Assembly (NCBI GenBank): GCA_017533505.1
Contig: JAFXIB010000089.1
Location: 2,009 to 66,008 of the forward strand
From: Clostridia bacterium
GTDB taxonomy: Bacteria > Bacillota > Clostridia > Christensenellales > DTU072
DNA: 64,000 nt
Direction of reading: 5' to 3'
Within the stretch, counting starts at the first letter, position 1. The number at the start of each line of letters is the position of its first letter. A program made the position numbers and the translations under genes. This document shows positions 45,866 through 54,560 of the stretch, in pieces. The notes beneath the pieces were generated by a model. The model saw only the letters and a list, made by a program, of their open reading frames with translations. It did not search any database and was not told the DNA's origin.

Positions 45866-47506
45866 CTATTTTGCGATTTTGTTGTAAGTTTTAGTCAACT
45901 TGAAACAATAATTGAAAATAGAGCCGATTAGCACGATTCCTGCAAAGGCTGTGCATACGATATACATGAGATTTTCTGTCAATACGAACTCTGTGCCTGG
46001 TACAACAAAGCCATCGTGAGCAAGATAGCTTAAGAACATACACAAAACACCTTCCACAATTGCTACAAAGAAGCCAAGCGCAACACTCAAAGTGGTTGAT
46101 GCGTTGTTGTTTACAACTTCGCCTTCACCAGAAAGGTTGAAATATGGGCGCTTGATATCCATACGCATTGATGAAAGTGTAAGTCCAATTGATATAGCTT
46201 CAACTATAACAAATATCCATAGACCAACCATGGTTTCCACTTGCTTTGTGAAGATAAGCACGCCAACACAAATACCATTTGCAAGTACAGAAACGATAAA
46301 ATACATAAAGAATTTTACAAATAGTTGCTTAACTATGGAAACTGGAGCCACTTTTGTATGATAGAAGTTGTCACCCTCACGGCTAACACTTGTTGCACTA
46401 AAGGATGTTATGACGGTTGCAAAAATGAGCATAACAAGGAGAGTCATACCAAGTGCAATTTGCTCGCCGATTTGGTCTTGTCCAAGTTGGAGAGTAATGT
46501 TGTTGCAGAAGTAAACCATAACAGGCATTGCGCATGCGAGTACAAAATATTGGAAGGAGTAGTTTACAGAACGGAATACTTGCAAAAATTCTTTGTGCAA
46601 TAGCGCAACAAAGATGGGACGGCGTCTGTTTTTGGTTTTATGTTTGAAGGCAGAGCCTTCAACTTCTATATTATTTAGTAGTGTTTTTGCATAAAGCTTT
46701 GCAATAACAAGTATTGTACCAATGAGTCCCAAACCAGTTAGTCCAATGAGAACTGGATATGCAATATAAAGTTCATGCCCTATCAATACATCAGCAAAAT
46801 ACTTTGTTGGTATCAAATATTTGGCAACTTCTACTATAACTGCAACAAAACCATCACTAAATACACTAAACTCGGTATCGTTCATAAATGTTACCATTCT
46901 ATCAAACAGCAACATATATACTGCAAACATCAAAGTTACACAAATTGCAAGACCAATGATAATCAAGCCAAACTTATTACGGATTTTGTTGGTAAGATGC
47001 ATGATTGGTATAGCAAGCATATTTGAAATAAAGAATGGTATAAACATCATAAATAATACCGAAACAGGTATCATTTTATAAAAATCTACACCCAATTCCA
47101 TTGTATGTGCGTAAGAAATCAAAAATGGAACCAATACCACTGCAGTGATTGCAAATTGTGTGATAATTAGGAATAGTGTCTTGCTGATGAATACTTCTGT
47201 ACCAGATACAGGGTATCTCATCAAGATTTCGTTGTCGCCCTTGTAATAAAGTACCTTTATCGTTGATGATGTGCCGATAAAACACATAAACAAAAAGAAT
47301 ACCGTATATACCAAAACAAGGGATTCGTATGCAATTTCTGCCTTATCGAACATTTCAAACAACATACATCCCACATAGTAAATACCGTAAATTGCCACAG
47401 CAAGCAATATAGGATATCCTATATATTTCAGCCAAGAATTCTTGCTTTGAGAATTTCCGGAAAATCTATTTTTTAACTCCAAACGGAGCAAAGTTCTAAT
47501 ATTCAT
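45866..47506 (-). CDS. Large polytopic ABC-exporter permease (about 12 TM, ABC-2/ABC_export-like)
   Basis: 546 aa, highly hydrophobic throughout. It lies 24 nt downstream of an ABC ATPase gene. The assignment rests on context and architecture. Confidence 0.7.
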   Translation of the reverse strand: MNIRTLLRLELKNRFSGNSQSKNSWLKYIGYPILLAVAIYGIYYVGCMLFEMFDKAEIAYESLVLVYTVFFLFMCFIGTSSTIKVLYYKGDNEILMRYPVSGTEVFISKTLFLIITQFAITAVVLVPFLISYAHTMELGVDFYKMIPVSVLFMMFIPFFISNMLAIPIMHLTNKIRNKFGLIIIGLAICVTLMFAVYMLLFDRMVTFMNDTEFSVFSDGFVAVIVEVAKYLIPTKYFADVLIGHELYIAYPVLIGLTGLGLIGTILVIAKLYAKTLLNNIEVEGSAFKHKTKNRRRPIFVALLHKEFLQVFRSVNYSFQYFVLACAMPVMVYFCNNITLQLGQDQIGEQIALGMTLLVMLIFATVITSFSATSVSREGDNFYHTKVAPVSIVKQLFVKFFMYFIVSVLANGICVGVLIFTKQVETMVGLWIFVIVEAISIGLTLSSMRMDIKRPYFNLSGEGEVVNNNASTTLSVALGFFVAIVEGVLCMFLSYLAHDGFVVPGTEFVLTENLMYIVCTAFAGIVLIGSIFNYCFKLTKTYNKIAK

Positions 47507-47530
47507 ATCGTTTTTCCTTGGTTTTTAGCA

Positions 47531-48301
47531 TTAATCGTGCAAAATGATGTTTCTGCTCAAAGTGCTTTCTTGATTGATGAGGTCTTGTTCGGTAGCAGTA
47601 ATTTTGCAGAATGTGGTTTCGAGTGTTTCTTTGTTGCCCTTGATGTGTAGGTCAATTACAGTTTGGAGTCTGCCGTCTTTGATGATAGCAACTCTATCAC
47701 AAATTTTGGATACAAGGTCAAGGTTGTGTGAGCTAAAGAAAACTGTGTTACCATCTGCGCAGTGGTCATCCATTCTCTTGAGAATTTCTACCATTGATTG
47801 GTGGTCAAGACCCATCATAGGTTCGTCAAGTACCCATAGCTTTGGATTGTGAATGAGTGCTGCAATGATACAAATTTTTTGCTTCATACCATGTGAGTAT
47901 GACTTGATTTGATTATCAACTGCCTTGGTGAGCTTAAATTGATTGACATATTTTTCAAACCTTTCATTACGGTCGCGCTTGGAAACCTTGTATAGGTCAG
48001 CAGTATAGTTAACATACTCTCTACCAGTTAGCTTTTCGTAAACAGAGTGGTTGTCTGGAACATATCCCATATTGAGCTTTGCATTGATAGGATCCTTTTG
48101 GATATCATGTCCGCAAATGGTAATTGTACCTGAATTAAAAGGATAAATACCTGTCAAACACTTGATAGTTGTTGATTTACCTGCACCATTTTGACCCAAA
48201 AAACCAAAAATTTCGCCTGGTTTTAGTGAAAGGTTAAGGTCTTCAACAGAAAAGCGTTCTGAATTCATATACTTTTTATAAAGGTGACTGATTTCTAACA
48301 T
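47531..48301 (-). CDS. ABC transporter ATP-binding protein
   Basis: Walker A GQNGAGKST, Q-loop, signature YSHGMKQK, Walker B LWVLDEP, H-loop FFSSHN. The start is reset to MLEISHLYKKY (48301), which has aggagtaat upstream. The track's 11-codon extension lacks an RBS. Confidence 0.9.
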   Translation of the reverse strand: MLEISHLYKKYMNSERFSVEDLNLSLKPGEIFGFLGQNGAGKSTTIKCLTGIYPFNSGTITICGHDIQKDPINAKLNMGYVPDNHSVYEKLTGREYVNYTADLYKVSKRDRNERFEKYVNQFKLTKAVDNQIKSYSHGMKQKICIIAALIHNPKLWVLDEPMMGLDHQSMVEILKRMDDHCADGNTVFFSSHNLDLVSKICDRVAIIKDGRLQTVIDLHIKGNKETLETTFCKITATEQDLINQESTLSRNIILHD

Positions 48302-48460
48302 ATTACTCCTTCGTATGTACGCGCACGCGCGCACTTATTATATAATATACATTTGTATATTAACATACTTATTATATATAGTCAAGAACAAAATTTGATT
48401 TGAATGGAAATTTAGCCTAAAATTACCAAAAATCATCTCCATATCTCTATCAAACAACTG

Positions 48461-48489
48461 TTGCAAATCACCAAAAAGTGTGCTAAACT
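48461..48489 (+). promoter_or_regulatory. Candidate nagB promoter (extended -10)
   Basis: TTGCAA (48461-48466), 17-nt spacer ending in TGc, TAAACT (48484-48489). Confidence 0.45.
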
Positions 48490-48527
48490 ACAAAAATGAT
48501 AAGTATATTAACTCAAGGAGATAAAAT

Positions 48528-49256
48528 ATGATCGTTCTCAAAAAGGCAAAAAACTATGAAGAAATGAGCAAAATGGCTTATTCAATCGTAAAAGATGTTG
48601 TTACTAACAATCCAAATGCAACCTTGGGTCTTGCTACTGGTAGCACCCCAATCGGTTTATATAAAGAAATGATAAAAGATTATCAAGCAGGAGTTGTCAG
48701 CTACAAAAATATGCTCTCCATTAACCTTGATGAATATGTAGGACTACCCGTTGAACACCCCGAAAGCTATCGTAGCTTTATGAACACCAACCTATTCAAT
48801 CACATTGACATCGACAAAGCAAACACAAATGTACCAAACGGTCTTGCTGACGATATCGAAAAAGCTTGCAAGGACTACTCTGCCTTTATCGCTTCCCACC
48901 CTATCGATGTACAAATTTTGGGTATCGGTGGCAATGGACACATCGCATTCAACGAGCCAGGCACTCCACTTGATGCTCCCACGCACCTTGTCGAGCTCAA
49001 GGAAAAAACTCGCCTTGACAATGCAAGATTTTTTGATGGCGACATCAACAAGGTTCCTACCCACGCAGTTACCATGGGACTCAAGGATATCATGAGTGCA
49101 AAAAAGATTGTTCTTCTTGCTTCAGGAAGCAACAAAGCTCAAGCAGTTTTTGATATGCTCAATGGCCCCATCAGCACTGATTGCCCAGCATCAGTTCTAC
49201 AATCTCACCCCGATGTAACAGTAATCTGCGACGAAGGCGCAAGTTCTCTTCTATAA
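48528..49256 (+). CDS. nagB: Glucosamine-6-phosphate deaminase
   Basis: GLATGSTP, NLDEYVGL, GIGGNGHIAFNEPG, SVLQSHPDV. RBS aaggaga lies upstream. Confidence 0.9.
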   Translation: MIVLKKAKNYEEMSKMAYSIVKDVVTNNPNATLGLATGSTPIGLYKEMIKDYQAGVVSYKNMLSINLDEYVGLPVEHPESYRSFMNTNLFNHIDIDKANTNVPNGLADDIEKACKDYSAFIASHPIDVQILGIGGNGHIAFNEPGTPLDAPTHLVELKEKTRLDNARFFDGDINKVPTHAVTMGLKDIMSAKKIVLLASGSNKAQAVFDMLNGPISTDCPASVLQSHPDVTVICDEGASSLL

Positions 49257-49316
49257 GCTATTTTGGTAGCTTGAGATACATATTTTAGATAATTTTAGCA
49301 CATTCAATGCAAAAAG

Positions 49317-49351
49317 AAATGCTCACAAATTGTGAGCATTTTTTGTTTTTT
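49317..49351. terminator. Bidirectional terminator between nagB and the SIS gene
   Basis: aaatgctcaca-aat-tgtgagcattt, flanked by an A-run and a T-run (ttttttgtttttt). Confidence 0.8.
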
Positions 49352-49359
49352 ATTCTTTG

Positions 49360-50394
49360 TTATTTTGTGATTGTAATCTTTTTTCTGTTGCGAGGACAAT
49401 CTACATTGATGCCCTTCGCTTCTCCGATATATGCACAATAAAGTTCGGTTGCAAGCGCATATACAAATGGAAGATTCATGCCCCTATATGATGGCATATG
49501 GAAAGCTTTATGCGCCATACGAGCAACTTCGGGGATATCGGTGAACGCAATCACTTCTGCACCAAGAAGAGATAGGCGTGTTGTCATCGCAATAAACTCA
49601 TCTCTGAACTCGGAGTCCGGAGCAAGAAGCACAATCTTGGTTCCTTCTTCTACAATAGAGATAGGACCATGCATAAATTGTGATGTGCTAAACACATTGG
49701 ATAGTGTATAGCAAGTTTCCATCATCTTAAGACTAAACTCACTGGTTACACTTTGCAAAATGCCACGACTCAAAACGATAAAGTTATTGAGGTCCTTGGT
49801 TTCTTCTGCAAAAGCCTTCAACTCATCTGCTTTATCATTGATGAAACCCTTTAGCATTGATGGGAGTTCCATAACATTCATTTTTGCTGTAACTGGACTC
49901 AATGCATTTGAGAGCATAAACATACTTACCATTTCGGCAAGATAGGTCTTTGTTGCAGCAACACTTCGCTCTTCGCCAGCATGAAGATCAATATGATAAT
50001 CAGCAATCTTTGCAAGCTCGCTGTCTGGGTTGTTGGTTACAGCAACGGTAAGTGCGCCGGTTTCCTTTGCAGAGCGCATAACCATAATAGTATCAGTTGA
50101 CATGCCACTTTGTGATATAGCAAGGAGCATACTATTGTGAAGATTTACCTTTGCGCCATATACAGTGGTAACAGATGGAGAAAGCTTTGATACAGCAATT
50201 TCGCCGATGGTTTCCACTATATACTTAAAATAGGTAGCTGCACTATCGCTGGTACCTCTTGCAACGGTTGCAATATTGGTGATGTTGCGTTCTTTGAATT
50301 CCTTGGCAATATCATTTATAACTTTCTTGTTGGCAGTTGCAACATTTCTTACAACTTCTGGTGCCGACAGGAATTCATCAAGCATTATAGACAT
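49360..50394 (-). CDS. SIS-domain sugar-phosphate isomerase/deaminase (GlmS C-terminal/AgaS-like, two SIS modules)
   Basis: 344 aa. First SIS: ATVARGTSDSAATYFKY ... LAISQSGMSTDT. Second: FIVLSRGILQSVTSEFSLKMMETCY. There is no glutaminase domain. Confidence 0.8.
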   Translation of the reverse strand: MSIMLDEFLSAPEVVRNVATANKKVINDIAKEFKERNITNIATVARGTSDSAATYFKYIVETIGEIAVSKLSPSVTTVYGAKVNLHNSMLLAISQSGMSTDTIMVMRSAKETGALTVAVTNNPDSELAKIADYHIDLHAGEERSVAATKTYLAEMVSMFMLSNALSPVTAKMNVMELPSMLKGFINDKADELKAFAEETKDLNNFIVLSRGILQSVTSEFSLKMMETCYTLSNVFSTSQFMHGPISIVEEGTKIVLLAPDSEFRDEFIAMTTRLSLLGAEVIAFTDIPEVARMAHKAFHMPSYRGMNLPFVYALATELYCAYIGEAKGINVDCPRNRKKITITK

Positions 50395-50474
50395 AGCTAC
50401 CTCTCTTTAATTTATGTACTTTTGTATTATGGCACAAAAAAATTATTTTGTAAAACAAAATGAGCAAAAAATAA

Positions 50475-50503
50475 TTGACAAGTGCTCAAACTATCAATAT
50501 AAT
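50475..50503 (+). promoter_or_regulatory. Sigma-70/SigA-type promoter for tRNA-Thr
   Basis: TTGACA (50475-50480), 17-nt spacer, TATAAT (50498-50503). Both hexamers are consensus, 18 nt before the tRNA 5' end. Confidence 0.7.
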
Positions 50504-50521
50504 ATAGGAAGTGCTTGGAGT

Positions 50522-50597
<76 letters not shown>

Positions 50598-50599
50598 TT

Positions 50600-50640
50600 A
50601 AATAGAAAAACACGCATGTTAAGTGCGTGTTTTTCTATTT
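50600..50640 (+). terminator. Rho-independent terminator of tRNA-Thr
   Basis: A 17-bp stem, aaatagaaaaacacgca / tgcgtgtttttctattt, with a 7-nt loop. It is built the same way as the tRNA-Arg terminator (A-tract pairs with T-tract). Confidence 0.8.
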
Positions 50641-50704
50641 AATCACGCTATTGAGGACAATATACTCGCTTGTTTTAACAAGCAAGGTGCATTAGTTTGG
50701 CTTT
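50611..50704. repeat. Direct repeat copy 1 (94 bp) downstream of tRNA-Thr
   Basis: cacgcatgttaagtgcgtgtttttctatttaatcacgctattgaggacaatatactcgcttgttttaacaagcaaggtgcattagtttggcttt. It recurs 236 bp downstream with 5 mismatches. Confidence 0.9.
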
Positions 50705-50846
50705 GCCAAACCTGGCGAAAGCAAATGCTTTGCATTTGGGTGCATTATCATCAAACATATGTATTTTACAAGTTCATCATCTTATCATAATACCATACTT
50801 TGTATGAGACATTCTTTCGCTGTCCCGTCACAATCTACCGATACTT

Positions 50847-50940
50847 CACGCATGTCAAGTGCGTGTTTTTCTATTTAATCACGCTATTGGAGACAATATA
50901 CTCGATTGTTTTAACAAGCAGGGTGCATTAGTTTGGCTTT
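50847..50940. repeat. Direct repeat copy 2 (94 bp)
   Basis: About 95% identical to 50611-50704. It is preceded at 50822-50830 by GTCCCGTCA, which matches the tRNA-Thr T-stem/acceptor junction at 50580-50588. Confidence 0.9.
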
Positions 50941-51296
50941 CAAATTTTAAATATACCTTTTATTTGTTCCATTTTTATGTTAAAATAATCTATAACACTT
51001 TTATTAGGATGTGAAGTTATGGCTAAACTATACTTTTTGCCACTTTATGAAGAAGTTTACAAACCTACAGCAAACATAACAACGATATTGCAAAATATAA
51101 AAAAACTCCTTTTGAAAAAATTACCATTCCAGTTTTTAGCAATGGAGCAAGAATTCAATTAGATAAATATCAAAAGGCAGGTGACTATCAAGAGTATGGC
51201 GACAACAGATGGTTCAGAGAGCCATATACTGCAAGTAAATACAACTATAATGTTGTATCTATTACAATTGATGGCAATACCACATATATAAAAAAT

Positions 51297-52559
51297 ATGG
51301 TCACTTGCTTCGATTTAGCGTTAGGCAATCATCACATAAAAATAACAATGAATGCGTACAAGTACAATCCTAATGAGCATTCTACTAAAAAATACAAAAA
51401 AGAACAATTCACTTCCGACTCTCAACAATTGGATTTATACATGAAAAACGGCGACTATTATCTTGTTGCAACACACAAGGTACAAAATGGTGCTTATACC
51501 TACATAGATCCCTATAATAGCAGTGCATCATGCATAAGTGGATACTATTTTGAATACCATTCACAAGAAGCCAATATCGTTTCAAAGAGTGAATTCTTTA
51601 GCAAGCTTGATGGCAATATCGACTTCAAAAACATAGATGTTTCATCCCTTAAAGAAAGTCTAGCTTTTAGAACAACAGCTGATATTTCGGCTTCTATTGT
51701 TCCTAAATTAGAAGCCCAAATTTCAGTTTCTAAAAAAGAAACAGCACCTGTTTATTCTACACAAAAGACACTATCCAACGACGAATACTTTGACATGATG
51801 GTGGGTGCTGTTTCCACAAAAAAGACAACGCAAATTGCTTCTTCAACAAAGTCAAAAGAGCCAAGTTCTATCAAGCCCCTAACCTTCATCACCGACTCCG
51901 ACCCAAAGTATGCAGAGCTTTATGAAGACGGCACCCTTGCATATAACACACAAGAAATCGTTTATGTACCAAGGAGCGTTAAGAAGCTCAACCCATACTT
52001 CATTAAGGGCGACAAGAAAGTAAAAAAATTGGTACTTCCAGATGGTATTGAAGAAATTGCTAATGAGGAATTTAAGGAAAGTGCTCTTGAAGAATTGGTG
52101 TTACCTAAAACGCTAAAGCTATTCAAAAAGTCTGCCATTTATGGATGTATAAACCTAAAGAGCGTAAAATTTGAAGATGGTAACCCCTATTTTACTACCA
52201 TAGATGATGTTGTCTATGAAAGGAAAGGTGGCACCCTTGAACTATTTTGGTATCCACCCACAAAAACCGATGTTAGCTTTACACCTCATAGCAATTGCAC
52301 TTCTATTGGCTATCAATCTGTATGTAATCAACACCTTTATTATATAGACCTAAAGGGTGTTACGCTTGTTGATATGGGAGCATTCCAAGGCTCAAAGAAG
52401 ATTAGAGAAGTAATATTCTCAAAGGACATAAAAGATATCAAGTCTTTCGCTTTTGACGGAACGGATTTGGAAGAAGTCAGCTTGCCAATTTCCATAAAAG
52501 TAGGTAGTTTTGCTTTCCCTGATGGTTGCAAGGTAAAAAAGAAACTACTATTCAAATAA
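51297..52559 (+). CDS. Leucine-rich-repeat (BspA/LRR_5-like) protein; probably 5'-truncated by a homopolymer frameshift
   Basis: The C-terminal half has LRR_5-type units (IANEEFKESALEELVLPKTLKLFKKSAIYGCINLKSVKF; IGYQSVCNQHLYYIDLKGVTLVDMGAFQGSKKIREVIFSKDIKDIKSFAFDGTDLEEVSLP). The frame is open back to 51051 without a start codon. An ATG with RBS at 51019 is in the +1 frame. Confidence 0.6.
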   Translation: MVTCFDLALGNHHIKITMNAYKYNPNEHSTKKYKKEQFTSDSQQLDLYMKNGDYYLVATHKVQNGAYTYIDPYNSSASCISGYYFEYHSQEANIVSKSEFFSKLDGNIDFKNIDVSSLKESLAFRTTADISASIVPKLEAQISVSKKETAPVYSTQKTLSNDEYFDMMVGAVSTKKTTQIASSTKSKEPSSIKPLTFITDSDPKYAELYEDGTLAYNTQEIVYVPRSVKKLNPYFIKGDKKVKKLVLPDGIEEIANEEFKESALEELVLPKTLKLFKKSAIYGCINLKSVKFEDGNPYFTTIDDVVYERKGGTLELFWYPPTKTDVSFTPHSNCTSIGYQSVCNQHLYYIDLKGVTLVDMGAFQGSKKIREVIFSKDIKDIKSFAFDGTDLEEVSLPISIKVGSFAFPDGCKVKKKLLFK

Positions 52560-52610
52560 TAGATAATACTTATATTGCGTACACGCACGCAAATTTAACG
52601 CGCGTATTAC

Positions 52611-52639
52611 TTGATTTTTAACAATATCTTATGTATAAT
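52611..52639 (+). promoter_or_regulatory. Candidate promoter of the aminotransferase gene
   Basis: TTGATT (52611-52616), 17-nt spacer, TATAAT (52634-52639). RBS tggagg lies before the ATG at 52667. Confidence 0.6.
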
Positions 52640-52666
52640 TGTTAAATCGAACACTGGAGGCAAACT

Positions 52667-53848
52667 ATGGATTACTCAAAAATTATCAGCCAAAAAGCTC
52701 AATCTATCCCACCATCAGGTATTAGAAAGTTTTTTGATATAGCGGCTGATATGAAAGATTGCATTTCACTTGGCATCGGTGAGCCCGATTTTATAACCGC
52801 GGCTTCTTTTAGTGATGCAGGTATTGCAAGCATCAAAGAAGGTAAGACACAGTATACATCAAACGATGGTTTGTTTGCTCTTCGTAAAAATATTTGTAAA
52901 TATGTTCACATGCTTGGTGGCCCACTTTATGCTCCCGAAGATGAGGTTTTGGTTACCGTAGGTGCATCTGAAGCTATCGATGTATCTTTCCGTGCACTCC
53001 TTGACCCAGGCGACGAAGTACTTATCCCTGCACCATCTTATGTTTCCTATGCACCATGTGTTGAGCTCTGTCATGCTGTACCAAAGGCAATCAACTGCAA
53101 GGCAGAAAATCAGTTTAAGCTCACCCCAGATGAACTTGAAGAAGCCATCACTCCAAAGACCAAAGTTCTTGTTCTCCCATATCCAAACAACCCAACGGGC
53201 GCAATCATGGAAGAGCAATATCTAAAAGCTATTGCACCAGTAATTATCAAGCATAATCTCATCGTTGTATCCGACGAAGTTTACGGCGAGCTTACCTATG
53301 GCGCAACACATACCTCCATTGCAAACATCGAGGGTATGCGCGAAAGAACCATTCTTATCAACGGTTTCTCCAAGATTTTTGCTATGACTGGCTGGAGAAT
53401 TGGTTATCTATGCGCTCCACACGAGCTTGTAAGTGTAATAAGAAAAATACACCAATATGTTATCATGTGCGCTCCTACTGCAAGCCAATATGCTGCAACA
53501 GCTGCATTGGAGTTAAGCTTCAAAAATGGCTTCCAAGAAGTAGAAGATATGTGCCGTCAATACAACGAAAGAAGAGTATATCTTGTAAAGCGCTTGAACG
53601 ATATGGGACTAACTTGTTTTGAGCCAAAGGGTGCATTCTACGCCTTCCCGTCAGTAGCTTCAACAGGACTTGACGGAAGAGAGTTTGCAGAGCAACTTCT
53701 CCTTACCCACAAGGTTGCAGTTGTACCAGGCATTGCATTTGGCGAAAGTGGCAGAAACCACATCCGTATTTCCTATGCTTCCTCCCTTGATAACATCAAA
53801 ACTGCTCTTGATAGAATGGAACATTTTGTAAATTCCCTTAAAAAATAA
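52667..53848 (+). CDS. Class I/II PLP-dependent aminotransferase (aspartate/aromatic type)
   Basis: GEPDF, YPNNPTGA, SDEVYGEL, PLP-lysine motif FSKIFAMTGWRIGY, and a C-terminal R in IRISYA. Confidence 0.85.
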   Translation: MDYSKIISQKAQSIPPSGIRKFFDIAADMKDCISLGIGEPDFITAASFSDAGIASIKEGKTQYTSNDGLFALRKNICKYVHMLGGPLYAPEDEVLVTVGASEAIDVSFRALLDPGDEVLIPAPSYVSYAPCVELCHAVPKAINCKAENQFKLTPDELEEAITPKTKVLVLPYPNNPTGAIMEEQYLKAIAPVIIKHNLIVVSDEVYGELTYGATHTSIANIEGMRERTILINGFSKIFAMTGWRIGYLCAPHELVSVIRKIHQYVIMCAPTASQYAATAALELSFKNGFQEVEDMCRQYNERRVYLVKRLNDMGLTCFEPKGAFYAFPSVASTGLDGREFAEQLLLTHKVAVVPGIAFGESGRNHIRISYASSLDNIKTALDRMEHFVNSLKK

Positions 53849-53862
53849 TCATATTAATAAAA

Positions 53863-53896
53863 AACAACAGCTCCCAAATTGGGAGCTGTTGTGTTG
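53863..53896. terminator. Bidirectional terminator between the aminotransferase gene and pyrE
   Basis: aacaacagctccc-aaatt-gggagctgttgtg. It has an A-run upstream (a T-run on the minus strand, which ends the pyr operon) and a T-rich run downstream. Confidence 0.75.
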
Positions 53897-53907
53897 TGTA
53901 TGTTATA

Positions 53908-54558
53908 TTATTCTACATCAATCCAGCTTGGATCTTGTGGATTTGCTTGGAATGCAGAAACCATTCTGTACTCTTTGTCAGTGATATATCCCTTTTCAAG
54001 AGCAACCTTTGAAAGTGTGGTAAAACAGCTGAGAGATGTGTTTTTAACTTCTGCTTGAGCAAGTCTTTCAATACCCTTTTTCATTTCGTAGGTAAAGATT
54101 GATACGATGCCAAGAACATCTGCACCAGCTTCGCGAAGTGCGTTTACAACTTCAATTGCACTACCACCAGTAGAGATAAGGTCTTCTACTACAACAACCT
54201 TTTTGCCATTTGGATCTGCGCCTTCGATACGATTACCTCTGCCGTGCTCCTTGTTGCCACCACGAACATAACCCATTGGAAGGTCAAGAATTTCGGATAC
54301 GATCGCAGCATGAGGGATACCAGCTGTTGATGTTCCCATAAGAACTTCTGCTTCTGGATATTCTTCTTTGATAACAGATGCAATGCCGTTTTCCACTATC
54401 TTGCGAATAGCTGGAACAGCAAGTGTAAGACGGTTATCGCAGTAGATAGGACTCTTTATACCACTTGCCCAAGTGAAAGGATCGCTTGGACGAAGAAAAA
54501 CTGCTTTGATTGATAGTAATGCTTCTGCTACTGATGTTGCAAGTGCTTGTTTATCCAT
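53908..54558 (-). CDS. pyrE: Orotate phosphoribosyltransferase
   Basis: PRPP-binding loop VVVVEDLISTGGSA. Last gene of the pyr operon. Confidence 0.9.
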   Translation of the reverse strand: MDKQALATSVAEALLSIKAVFLRPSDPFTWASGIKSPIYCDNRLTLAVPAIRKIVENGIASVIKEEYPEAEVLMGTSTAGIPHAAIVSEILDLPMGYVRGGNKEHGRGNRIEGADPNGKKVVVVEDLISTGGSAIEVVNALREAGADVLGIVSIFTYEMKKGIERLAQAEVKNTSLSCFTTLSKVALEKGYITDKEYRMVSAFQANPQDPSWIDVE

Positions 54559-54560
54559 GA

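Noticed and set aside
48302-48334. 11-codon N-terminal extension of the ABC ATPase (MRACAYIRRSN)
   Set aside because: It is encoded by the alternating CG tract itself. A strong AGGAG precedes the internal ATG at 48301, which gives the canonical ABC N-terminus.
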